A stretch of 64,000 nucleotides of DNA. Origin: Steroidobacteraceae bacterium (GTDB taxonomy: Bacteria > Pseudomonadota > Gammaproteobacteria > Steroidobacterales > Steroidobacteraceae). Every line of letters begins with the position of its first letter. Position 1 is the stretch's first letter. Shown here in pieces: positions 49,904-58,406 of this stretch. The notes under the pieces are model-generated. The model searched no databases. It worked only from the letters and a program-made list of their open reading frames with translations, and was not told the DNA's origin. A program made the position numbers and the translations under genes. Where the stretch lies: positions 1,818 through 65,817 of the forward strand of contig JBMTZD010000002.1 in NCBI GenBank assembly GCA_049455235.1, given 5' to 3'.

Positions 49904-49929
49904 AAAAAAAGCCCCGCACGAGGCGGGGC
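49904..49929 (-). terminator. canonical intrinsic terminator on the minus strand, 18 nt upstream of the glnE start (orphan)
   Basis: The minus strand reads gccccgc-ctcgt-gcggggc followed by T7 (plus-strand A-run 49904-49910; stem 49911-49929). No minus-strand CDS ends nearby. Confidence 0.6.
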
Positions 49930-50038
49930 TTATATCTGCAGCGCGGCAACCGGAGGGGGAGAAGGTCACCGCGCAGGAACAAGACTAATCATCGGGTAAC
50001 AGGCAGTATGTACGGAGTTGTACCTAACCGAGCCTGTG

Positions 50039-50518
50039 ATGCCTGTCGATTCTGCTGCCTACCGTAACGCCATCAGTCGTTTTTTGACGGGAGTCACGAT
50101 CGTGACCACCCTAGCGGAGGGAAAACCCTCCGGTCTCACTGCCACGGCGATCGCCTCGGTCACCATCGAGCCACCGACCCTGCTTGCCTGTCTCAATCGC
50201 CAATCGGCTACCTGCCAAGCGATCAGCCAGTCTGGAGGATTCGCCGTGAGCGTACTCGCGAGCGATCAAATGGATCTGGCAAAACTTTTCGCTTCACGAG
50301 ACCCCGACAAATTCCAGCAGCTTGTCGAGCGCGGCTTTGAACTGCATTCCAGTCCATCCGGTATGCCTCACTTGGTCGGCGCGCTCGCCTCGATCGACTG
50401 CATAGTGTCAGCGACGACCGACGTCGGCACACATCGAATCTTTTTCGGTGAGGTGCAGAATGTGACTTGCGCCGAAGGCTCGCCGCTCGGTTACTTCCGC
50501 GGCGCTTTCCTCGAATGA
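50039..50518 (+). CDS. flavin reductase family protein (FMN-binding split barrel)
   Basis: FLTGVTIVTT...GLTATAIASVTIEPPTLLACLNRQS...HRIFFGEV are typical flavin reductase motifs. ATG 50039 is preferred over the TTG at 50018. Confidence 0.8.
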   Translation: MPVDSAAYRNAISRFLTGVTIVTTLAEGKPSGLTATAIASVTIEPPTLLACLNRQSATCQAISQSGGFAVSVLASDQMDLAKLFASRDPDKFQQLVERGFELHSSPSGMPHLVGALASIDCIVSATTDVGTHRIFFGEVQNVTCAEGSPLGYFRGAFLE

Positions 50519-50536
50519 CTTGAAGGATGACCCGCT

Positions 50537-51955
50537 CTAGATGACCAGCGGTGGCAACGGCATGGCGCGCTGCTGCTCGGCAGCGACACGAAGCAAGGTC
50601 GTCTCCGCGTAAGGTCTTGCGATGTACTGCGCGCCCATCGGCAGGCCACGTGCATCAAGCCCAGCCGGAACCGTGATCGCGGGCAACCCAAGATAGTTGA
50701 AAGGTGCCGTGCAATGAACGAGGCGACTGAGGATCTGCCATAGCGCAGCACCCGCTCCCACATCCGTCTCGTCGCGACGCGGCACCGGAATGGGCAAGGT
50801 CGGCGTCAGCAACACATCGCAGCGCGAGAAAACCTCGTTAACGAAATGTCGCAGTAATGGGATACGCAAATGCAGCGCCTCGAGATAGACCGCCGCTGGG
50901 ATGGCAAGACCCGTCGACGCTCGTACCCTCACCTGCGGTGTGTAGTATTCGCCGCGCGCGCGTAACCATGGCGCATGCAACGCCGTCGCTTCCGAATAAA
51001 CGATCGCCCGACTGAGCTCAGACATCTCAGCGACCGCTGGCACAGAGACCTCTACTCGTCGCGCACCCGAGGCTAGCAAAGCATTCAACGATCGATCCAT
51101 CGCCTCACGGATCTCGTTGCTCGCGAAATCAAAGAAATAGTTTGAAGGAACGCCGATACGCAAGCCATCCACACCCTGCTCGATTGTCCGGCGGTAATCG
51201 GGAACGGGCCGCAAACTCGCATTCGCATCGACACCATCACCACCGGCGACGATTTGCAGTATTTCTGCAAGGTCCGCCGCAGTCCTCGCCATCGGACCAA
51301 TCACATCGATTGAGGGCGTGAGCTTCATGCTGCCCGTGCGCGGAATCAGTCCATAAGTGGGCTTGAGCCCGACGAGGCCATTCGCCGAGGCCGGAATGCG
51401 CACCGAGCCGCCGGTATCGGACCCCAAAGTCGCAAAAGCAGCACCACAGGCGACCGCTGCGCCAGAGCCGCTCGAAGAACCGCCGGAGATGTAATCCGGA
51501 TTCCACGCGTTTCGGCAATCACCATAAGCGGCGTTGTGACCGGTCGCGCCAAGGGCGAATTCCGCCATGTTGAGCGCGCCGACCTCAAGCGCACCCGCTT
51601 GCTCCAAACGGGCTGTCGCGGTCGCGATCTGCTGTGTGGATTGATCGAGCGCGACTTTCGATCCGTAACGCACTAAAGCGCCTCCACGCCCGAACATATC
51701 CTTGTGCGCCAGAGGTACACCCTGTAGCGCGCCCAAAGGCGCGACGCCGCGTCGACGGGCTTCCACTAATAGGAGATCGGCGCGCTCTGCCGAACGCAAC
51801 AAGCTCTCGCTCTCAATCGACAAAAAGCAGTTTGTGCGCTCTTGTGCCCGACGAGCTCGTTCGAGTGTCTGCAGCGCAAGTTGCTGCGCCGAAATCGAGC
51901 CAGAGCGCAGCGCCTCGACGGCATCCAACAAGCTTGCAGGATGAGTCGTGCTCAC
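50537..51955 (-). CDS. amidase-signature family amidase (GatA/AtzE-like)
   Basis: GGSSSGSGAAVA amidase signature and the Ser-cisSer-Lys context. GTG 51955 (VSTTHPASLLDAVEAL) overlaps the stop of the upstream small ORF (GTGA). Confidence 0.85.
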   Translation of the reverse strand: MSTTHPASLLDAVEALRSGSISAQQLALQTLERARRAQERTNCFLSIESESLLRSAERADLLLVEARRRGVAPLGALQGVPLAHKDMFGRGGALVRYGSKVALDQSTQQIATATARLEQAGALEVGALNMAEFALGATGHNAAYGDCRNAWNPDYISGGSSSGSGAAVACGAAFATLGSDTGGSVRIPASANGLVGLKPTYGLIPRTGSMKLTPSIDVIGPMARTAADLAEILQIVAGGDGVDANASLRPVPDYRRTIEQGVDGLRIGVPSNYFFDFASNEIREAMDRSLNALLASGARRVEVSVPAVAEMSELSRAIVYSEATALHAPWLRARGEYYTPQVRVRASTGLAIPAAVYLEALHLRIPLLRHFVNEVFSRCDVLLTPTLPIPVPRRDETDVGAGAALWQILSRLVHCTAPFNYLGLPAITVPAGLDARGLPMGAQYIARPYAETTLLRVAAEQQRAMPLPPLVI

Positions 51956-52164
51956 GGTGCTACTCCGGGCGTCGGTTCCGCGGACAACGCCTCGAGTTCG
52001 CGTAAATAGTCCGCGGGCTCGCACTCGAAGGTCACGCCAGGCGCCACTTGCTGCGAACTTGCGTGCACCGCCGCAATCGCCGCGGCCGCACCGCCTGCGA
52101 TGCGCTCAGCCATCGCGGCATCCAGTACGGGAACTCGCACCAGCGCGGCCAAGCCATCGACCAT
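51952..52164 (-). CDS. small GatC/AtzG-like (DUF4089-like) amidase partner protein
   Basis: 70 aa from ATG 52164 (MVDGLAALVRVPVLDAAMAERIAGG...ECEPADYL), or 88 aa from GTG 52218. Translationally coupled to the amidase. Buried in a 137-aa ORF of the track. Confidence 0.4.
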   Translation of the reverse strand: MVDGLAALVRVPVLDAAMAERIAGGAAAAIAAVHASSQQVAPGVTFECEPADYLRELEALSAEPTPGVAP

Positions 52165-52264
52165 GTTGGCGGACAGTACGGACGATTCTGTGGATAGATT
52201 CGATTTTGGTTGCGACACAATCGACTCACGGACCAGGCGGGTCCGCCATGTTAGCGTTTGTCGC

Positions 52265-53644
52265 ATGTTGCACCCAACCACAGACGCCGATGTCATCGTG
52301 ATCGGCGCCGGTCTCTCCGGTCTCGAGACCGCACTCACACTCCAAGAAGCAGGACTGAAGGTCACCGTTCTCGAGGGGCGTCGCCGAGTCGGCGGCCGGC
52401 TCTACACGCTCAATCACTTGCCGGGAAAACCGGAGGTTGGTGGCAACACCGTCTCTCGCGCTTACGGACGCGTCATCGCCGCCAGTTCACGCTATGGCGT
52501 ACCGCTTCGCGATGAGGCGCCTCGCTATGCCGCCTTCCCGGATAGCCAAGCGACGTTCATCGGTGGCGAAGCGATTGATCCAGCGAATTGGGCGCAGCAT
52601 CCAGCCAACCCGTTCGCCGGTGATGAACGTTCGTTGCTGCCTGCCGCTTGGGGTCGCTCGGTGCTGCGTCGGTATCGTCCATTCGACGATCTCGAAAATT
52701 GGCATCAGCCACAGCACGCTGATCTGGATATCTCGGTTCATGATTTCTTGCGCGCGCGGGGCGCGACACCGGCCGCGATTCGGCTCGGCTACGAGACCAA
52801 CATGCCCTACGGGACCGACTCGTCACACGATGTGTCGATCTTGCAACTGGCCTTCGTGGATCACTGGCAGCGCATCAATCAACGACAACTGAGTGCCGGC
52901 GAGCGCTTCGTCGGTGTTTTCGAAGGTGGCAATCAACAATTGCCGATCGCGATGTCGAAAAGGCTGAACGGGGATCTGTTGCTCGATCGGCATGTCGTAT
53001 CGATCGAGCAGACTCAAGCAGGGGTTTCAGTACGCTGCCTCGACGGAGCGCGGCACCACGCACGAGCCGTCGTGAGCTCCATGCCGTTCACGACGTTGCG
53101 GCACGTGCATCTCGATCCGCTGCCACCCTCTTTGCAAAATCGCGCCATTCAAACCTTAGGTGCCAAGCCGATTACGCAAATTCATTTGTTACCGCGCCGA
53201 CCCTTCTGGGAGGATGATGGTCTGAGTCCTGCTTTCTGGACCGACGGGCTGGCAGGATCGGTGCTCGCTAATCGCGACCCTCAGGATCACAAGACGGTCA
53301 CGAGTCTCACGGTTTGGTGCAGCGCCGCCAACGCGCGTTTTCTCGATCGACATAGTGAAGCCGATGCGGCTCGTCTCGTCATCGCAGACATCGAACGACT
53401 ACGCCCGGCTGCGCGCGGCGCACTGGAAGTCGCAGCGGTTCACTCCTGGGAGCGTGACCCACACGCTGCGGGCACGTGGGCGATATTCAGACCCGGACAA
53501 GTCGCTCTCACGAGCGAACTGGCCAAGCCACACCTACGACTCTTTTTCTGCGGAGAGCACACCGCCATCGCCGCGCGCGGTATGGAGGCGGCTTTCGAAT
53601 CGGCCGAACGCGTCAGCCTCGAAGTGCTGGACGCGCTCAGCTAA
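52265..53644 (+). CDS. flavin-containing amine oxidase family protein
   Basis: The internal ATG gives MLHPTTDADVIVIGAGLSGLETALTLQEAGLKVTVLEGRRRVGGR (FAD dinucleotide-binding fold plus GGR). C-terminal FFCGEHT. Confidence 0.85.
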   Translation: MLHPTTDADVIVIGAGLSGLETALTLQEAGLKVTVLEGRRRVGGRLYTLNHLPGKPEVGGNTVSRAYGRVIAASSRYGVPLRDEAPRYAAFPDSQATFIGGEAIDPANWAQHPANPFAGDERSLLPAAWGRSVLRRYRPFDDLENWHQPQHADLDISVHDFLRARGATPAAIRLGYETNMPYGTDSSHDVSILQLAFVDHWQRINQRQLSAGERFVGVFEGGNQQLPIAMSKRLNGDLLLDRHVVSIEQTQAGVSVRCLDGARHHARAVVSSMPFTTLRHVHLDPLPPSLQNRAIQTLGAKPITQIHLLPRRPFWEDDGLSPAFWTDGLAGSVLANRDPQDHKTVTSLTVWCSAANARFLDRHSEADAARLVIADIERLRPAARGALEVAAVHSWERDPHAAGTWAIFRPGQVALTSELAKPHLRLFFCGEHTAIAARGMEAAFESAERVSLEVLDALS

Positions 53645-53667
53645 ACGTTCCCGCGGCTATCGCCGCC

Positions 53668-54729
53668 TTAGGTCCGCTTGCGAAAATACGGGATCACCTC
53701 GGTGGCATACAGGCTTGCCTGCTGCACCATGGCCTCCTGCCGAGCGCCGTGCGGATGTGGGACTGGCGAACCGCCGAGCTGATACACGTGGTCTAAACCC
53801 ATATCGAGCAACGCGCCCAAACGCGCTCGACATTTGGCGGGTGACCCGCAGATCGAGAACCAGTCAACGAACTCATCAGGTACGCCCTTGAGGTGACTGC
53901 CCTCTTCTTGCGCGTGATGCTTCATGTCGTAACCGGTCTGCATCTGTGCTGCGAGCCCTTTGAGTTGCTCCGGCAGATGATCGAGTGGCGCATTCTTCAT
54001 GCCCGCAAAGTGCGCGACCATTCCCGAAATCATGCGACCAAGATTGATAGCGCGCTGCTCGTCCTCATCGCAAACCAAATTGATATAGGCACCGATGCGC
54101 AAGGAATCTCGCGGACGACCGGTTTCTTTGAGGCGTGCGAGAGCGACGTCCATAGCCCATTGAATACGTTCGGGCGCACTGCCAACTGCGAAACTCACGC
54201 GATCACCGACATCCACCGCCATCGCAATCGTCTGCGGACCCGTACACGCCACATCGACCACGACCGGATCAACCTGTAGCGAGTCATACCAGCGCAGTCG
54301 TGACGGCGTACCGTTGCGGTCGATCGTTTCACCACGAGTGTAGGCCTGAAGACGCTGGACGAAAGTACGCAACTGACTCGTCGTGCCATTCGGGATGCCG
54401 ATATGGGCGGCCGACGAATCCCCACGACCGATGCCACAGATCACGCGGCCTTTCGACTCCGCCTGCAAGGTCGCCAGAGCGCAGGCTGTGACGGCTGCAT
54501 CGCGAGTGACGGGATTAGTAACGCCCGTACCGAGACGAAGGCGGGTTGTCGTCTGGGCCGCCAGCGCCAACTGTGCGAAAGGATCCGGGCTCAGATTCTG
54601 CGTGTCAGGGCACAGCAACATATCGAATCCTAAGTCTTCGATCTGCTTGGCAAGACGAGCCGTGTAGCCCGGGGAGGCCTCCATCACGATCCCAAATTCA
54701 GTACCCGGGAACCGATCAGCTTGCATCAT
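53668..54729 (-). CDS. LLM-class (luciferase-like) flavin/F420-dependent oxidoreductase
   Basis: FGIVMEASPGY...LAKQIEDLGFDMLLCPDTQNL and a TIM-barrel LLM pattern. 353 aa. Confidence 0.75.
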   Translation of the reverse strand: MMQADRFPGTEFGIVMEASPGYTARLAKQIEDLGFDMLLCPDTQNLSPDPFAQLALAAQTTTRLRLGTGVTNPVTRDAAVTACALATLQAESKGRVICGIGRGDSSAAHIGIPNGTTSQLRTFVQRLQAYTRGETIDRNGTPSRLRWYDSLQVDPVVVDVACTGPQTIAMAVDVGDRVSFAVGSAPERIQWAMDVALARLKETGRPRDSLRIGAYINLVCDEDEQRAINLGRMISGMVAHFAGMKNAPLDHLPEQLKGLAAQMQTGYDMKHHAQEEGSHLKGVPDEFVDWFSICGSPAKCRARLGALLDMGLDHVYQLGGSPVPHPHGARQEAMVQQASLYATEVIPYFRKRT

Positions 54730-54845
54730 GTCTTAACTCAGGTATGGGAGGCTGGCGCCCCGATGTCGAAGTGTAACCGCACGACAAAAGCGCTAGCATT
54801 CGCCTTTCGGTCAAGACATCGGTTCGCATACGGAGTTCGTCGACC

Positions 54846-55421
54846 ATGAAACTGTTCTCGCGTGGATTTTTCTGGATTTTTATTGCCCTGTTCGCAGTCG
54901 TCGGACAGGCGCGGGCTGACGACTACTCGAAGACCGTCGAGCTCTTCAAAAACGCGGGTGAAAGCGCAGACTTTTTCCAAAAGAGCTATGCCTATGCCGT
55001 GTTTCCAACCATCGGAAAAGCGGGGCTCGGTATCGGCGGAGCTGGTGGCTCGGGTCGGGTATACGAGAAAGGCAACTATGTCGGTGACGTTTCGATGTCC
55101 CAGATTAGCTTGGGCTTTCAGGCCGGTGGCCAAGCCTACAGCCAGATTGTTTTTCTCCAGGACAAACGAGCCTTCGACGAATTCACATCAGGTGAATTTG
55201 CGTTCGGCGCAGGCGTAGGGGCCATCGCCATCACGGCATCAGCGAGTGCCTCGGCTGGCACCACCGGTGCGACGGCAGCCGCGAGCGGCGGCAAGCGCGA
55301 CGCCACGACCACCGGCAACTATTACAAAGGGATGGCGGTCTTCACCATCGCCAAGGGCGGCCTGATGTACGAAGCCTCGCTCGCCGGTCAAAAATATTCG
55401 TATAAGCCCCGCAAGAAGTAA
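54846..55421 (+). CDS. SYLF (Ysc84/DUF500) lipid-binding domain protein, exported
   Basis: Signal peptide. YAVFPTIGKAGLGIGGAGGSGRVYEKG...SLGFQAGGQAYSQIVF...FAFGAGVGA fits the SYLF repeat pattern. Confidence 0.7.
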   Translation: MKLFSRGFFWIFIALFAVVGQARADDYSKTVELFKNAGESADFFQKSYAYAVFPTIGKAGLGIGGAGGSGRVYEKGNYVGDVSMSQISLGFQAGGQAYSQIVFLQDKRAFDEFTSGEFAFGAGVGAIAITASASASAGTTGATAAASGGKRDATTTGNYYKGMAVFTIAKGGLMYEASLAGQKYSYKPRKK

Positions 55422-55440
55422 CGAATCATCTTGATCAAGG

Positions 55441-55466
55441 ATGCCGAGCCTAGACGGGCTCGGCAT
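55441..55466. terminator. hairpin between convergent genes, overlapping the phhA stop
   Basis: atgccgagcc (55441-50), 6-nt loop, ggctcggcat (55457-66). No strong U-tract on either side. Confidence 0.4.
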
Positions 55467-56391
55467 TCGAGCCACGCCCACCGCGCAGTTCATACTCTTG
55501 CGTGCCGCGGTGGTAGATGTGATCCGTATCGAGAGTCGCCGTCTTCGCGTAGATGAAGCCAGGCGCAATCGACTCGTAGATCGGTTCGAAACCACGCTGT
55601 TCCGTCATGTGAAACAGCTCAGCGAATGACTCGACGACAAAATAGGTCGATTGGAGATCTGAAATCTCGTAATCGGTACGCATGACCCGATCGACGTTGA
55701 GATGGATTCGGTGTGGTGACTGTCCCTCGAGCGAATAACGCGTTTCGGTCGACCCCGACAGAATGCCGGCACCATAGATTCGCAGGCCGCCGCTCTCACG
55801 AATGAGCCCGAACTCCACCGTATACCAATACAACGCGCTCAACGCCTTTAGACGGTTGTACTTGAGCGCCTTCCACCCTGCACGCCCGTAGGCAGCCATA
55901 TAGTCTGCGAACACCGGATTGGTGAGCAACGGCACATGGCCGAATACATCGTGAAAAATGTCGGGTTCCTGAATGTAGTCGAATTGCGCGCGAGTACGAA
56001 GAAAGTTGCCCGCCGGAAATCGTCGATTTGCCAAGTGATAAAAAAACACAGCATCGGGGATCAACATTGGCACTGGAACGACATGCCAACCCGTCAAAGG
56101 CCCTAACGATTCGTTGATACGTTCGAAAGACGGAACGCCGCCGCGCCCAAGATCGAGGCGGTCGAGCCCATCCATAAACGCCTGACAGGCGCGCCCCGGC
56201 AGCAAGCGCAGTTGACGTTGAAACAACTCATCCCAGAGCCGATTTTCATCGGCATCGAAATCACGTTGCTGCAACTCGAGCCAGTCGTCACCGACATGGC
56301 GCGGGCGCTTTAGCGGCGCCACGAACACCGAAGGTGGCGCATCCGGAATTCGACTGAAGTCGAACTCCGTCACTGCAGACTCGTCTCCCAA
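55450..56391 (-). CDS. phhA: phenylalanine 4-monooxygenase (aromatic amino acid hydroxylase)
   Basis: PDIFHDVFGHVPLL (2-His iron ligands) and YWYTVEFGL (Glu ligand) motifs. Confidence 0.85.
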   Translation of the reverse strand: MGDESAVTEFDFSRIPDAPPSVFVAPLKRPRHVGDDWLELQQRDFDADENRLWDELFQRQLRLLPGRACQAFMDGLDRLDLGRGGVPSFERINESLGPLTGWHVVPVPMLIPDAVFFYHLANRRFPAGNFLRTRAQFDYIQEPDIFHDVFGHVPLLTNPVFADYMAAYGRAGWKALKYNRLKALSALYWYTVEFGLIRESGGLRIYGAGILSGSTETRYSLEGQSPHRIHLNVDRVMRTDYEISDLQSTYFVVESFAELFHMTEQRGFEPIYESIAPGFIYAKTATLDTDHIYHRGTQEYELRGGRGSNAEPV

Positions 56392-58406
56392 TGCGGCGGC
56401 GTCGACACGAACGGTCTGATACCGAGCTCCGTGAAGACGCGCGAAGGATCGATGCTGCGTCCTTGGGTGATGACGAGTGCCATCCGGCGTAACGTCGTGA
56501 TGTCGGTCGTCGGATCACCATCGACCAGTGCGAGATCGGCTAACTTCCCCACTTCAATGCTGCCGCGATCGGCAAGCACTCTCGAATACTTCGCGCCGTT
56601 CCAAGTTGCGATCTTGAGCACCTCGGCAGGCGAGATACCCGCCTGCACGTAGAGCTCGAGCTCGCGCTGTAGCGTGAAACCCGCCATCTCGTCGGTGCCC
56701 GCCAGCAGCGGCACCCCGGCACGATGCATCTGGCCGACGAAATCGATCATGCGCGCATAAGAGCGGTTATAAAGCGCGTGTACCCGCTCGTTCGGAATCT
56801 CCATGCCACCACTGAGGCGACTGCGCTGCACATTCGCTGGCATGTGATCGAGGACCGCCGCGAAAGCAGGCGATACCTCGCCATCGCGCTGTCTGAGGAA
56901 ATCGAAGGTGGTCAAGGTCGGATCGATGACGACATGACGATCCTTCAGCAGTTGCACGAAGCGGCTCACCTCGTCCCCTTTGAAGTCGATATCGGCTGTC
57001 TTTTCGGCCGGCAAATAAAAGCGCTGCAGCGTCCTCGTATCAGTCTTGTCATCCATCAGGAAATTCAAGACAACCTGATTGATGTGATTGAGCTCATCAA
57101 ACCCCGCCTCCACCACCTGACTTGCCCGCATGAAAGCCGGTACGTGACCGCTGACTTTCAATCCTCGGGCGTGGGCATACTCCACCGTCTCACGTAAGTG
57201 AGCTCGCGGGAAGCTGTTGTAAATCTTGATCTGCGGATAGCCGTGAGCGGCATACCAATCCACAGCTGCTTTGGCTTCATCGAGTGTCTCGATCACGAAA
57301 CCACTGCGAGCGGAGTACGGACTCTCGCCTTCGAGAAAACCCGTTGGCACGATCTGCGGACCAAACACCCGTCCTTCTGCAGTCTCATCGATGATGCGCT
57401 GCAGCAGGGCGTTGTCGTTGCCCATGTCTCGCACGGTAGTGACGCCCGTCGCGAGATTAAGACCGCCCTCCCACCGCCCCACGTGGGCGTGCATATCAAA
57501 AAGCCCCGGCAGCAACACACGGCCCTCGGCATCGAGACTGCGTGCGACGGGCAAACCCTGCATGCCATCGCCCGTAGCCTGGATAGACACGATGCGCCCA
57601 CGGAGGATGTAGACATCATGACGACCCTCGCGCAATGCTGCTCGCTCTGCATCAAAGATTCGCGCATTACGAATGACGCTCAAGCCGGTCATCGGCATCG
57701 AGAGTCGCGTCGTCATCGTCGCCAGCAACTCCGTCTCGGCCTCAGCCTGCGCCTTGGCGAGTCGCGACTCTTCGGCCTCATAACCTTTGGGCAGCTGTGC
57801 GAGATATCCAGGCTCGATCAAGGCGAAAAACTCTGGGGCGGCACCTCGGGTTGCCCAAATGAACTCTGGTGTCAAACCGATCCCACTGATGGCAACGAGA
57901 TCGACTTCACGAGCGGCATCACCCTGCCCCACCGAGAGCGTCTTCAAGGTTCGACGCGTCACACTTCCGGCTGGCAACAAGTTCAATGATCGACCGTCTA
58001 CGGTCAAACGCAGCAATTGCTCGTAAGCCGCTACGCTGCCATTGAGGGGCAAATACAATTTGCCCGCCGCCGTCGATGCAGTCCCCTTCTCGGTCGTCGA
58101 ACGCCAAACCGCCGTGCCACGTGAGACGCGAAAACTCTCATCCACACGTGAACCGTAAGTGGTAGACCCTTGCGCGCGATACTCCGCAAAAGTCCCATCG
58201 GCTGCGAGCCGATACTGCTCGCGAATTTCGGGGCCTCGGCCATTGTCTTTGAAGAAAAGCTCGCCGCGGCATCGGCCCTGCGGATTGCAGTCAATCGTGG
58301 CGAAGCCCGCCGGCGTCCCGTTGTCGACGGTGAAAGTCCAACGACGCTCGGCAGCCGGCGTTGCCGCCGCTGCCAAAGCGGCCAAAATCCAAAGTCCGCG
58401 CATCAT
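56370..58406 (-). CDS. exported amidohydrolase-superfamily protein with N-terminal extra domain
   Basis: Signal peptide MMRGLWILAALAAAATPAA. Metal-binding LLPGLFDMHAHVG. 678 aa. ATGA overlap with the upstream M20 gene. Confidence 0.8.
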   Translation of the reverse strand: MMRGLWILAALAAAATPAAERRWTFTVDNGTPAGFATIDCNPQGRCRGELFFKDNGRGPEIREQYRLAADGTFAEYRAQGSTTYGSRVDESFRVSRGTAVWRSTTEKGTASTAAGKLYLPLNGSVAAYEQLLRLTVDGRSLNLLPAGSVTRRTLKTLSVGQGDAAREVDLVAISGIGLTPEFIWATRGAAPEFFALIEPGYLAQLPKGYEAEESRLAKAQAEAETELLATMTTRLSMPMTGLSVIRNARIFDAERAALREGRHDVYILRGRIVSIQATGDGMQGLPVARSLDAEGRVLLPGLFDMHAHVGRWEGGLNLATGVTTVRDMGNDNALLQRIIDETAEGRVFGPQIVPTGFLEGESPYSARSGFVIETLDEAKAAVDWYAAHGYPQIKIYNSFPRAHLRETVEYAHARGLKVSGHVPAFMRASQVVEAGFDELNHINQVVLNFLMDDKTDTRTLQRFYLPAEKTADIDFKGDEVSRFVQLLKDRHVVIDPTLTTFDFLRQRDGEVSPAFAAVLDHMPANVQRSRLSGGMEIPNERVHALYNRSYARMIDFVGQMHRAGVPLLAGTDEMAGFTLQRELELYVQAGISPAEVLKIATWNGAKYSRVLADRGSIEVGKLADLALVDGDPTTDITTLRRMALVITQGRSIDPSRVFTELGIRPFVSTPPHWETSLQ

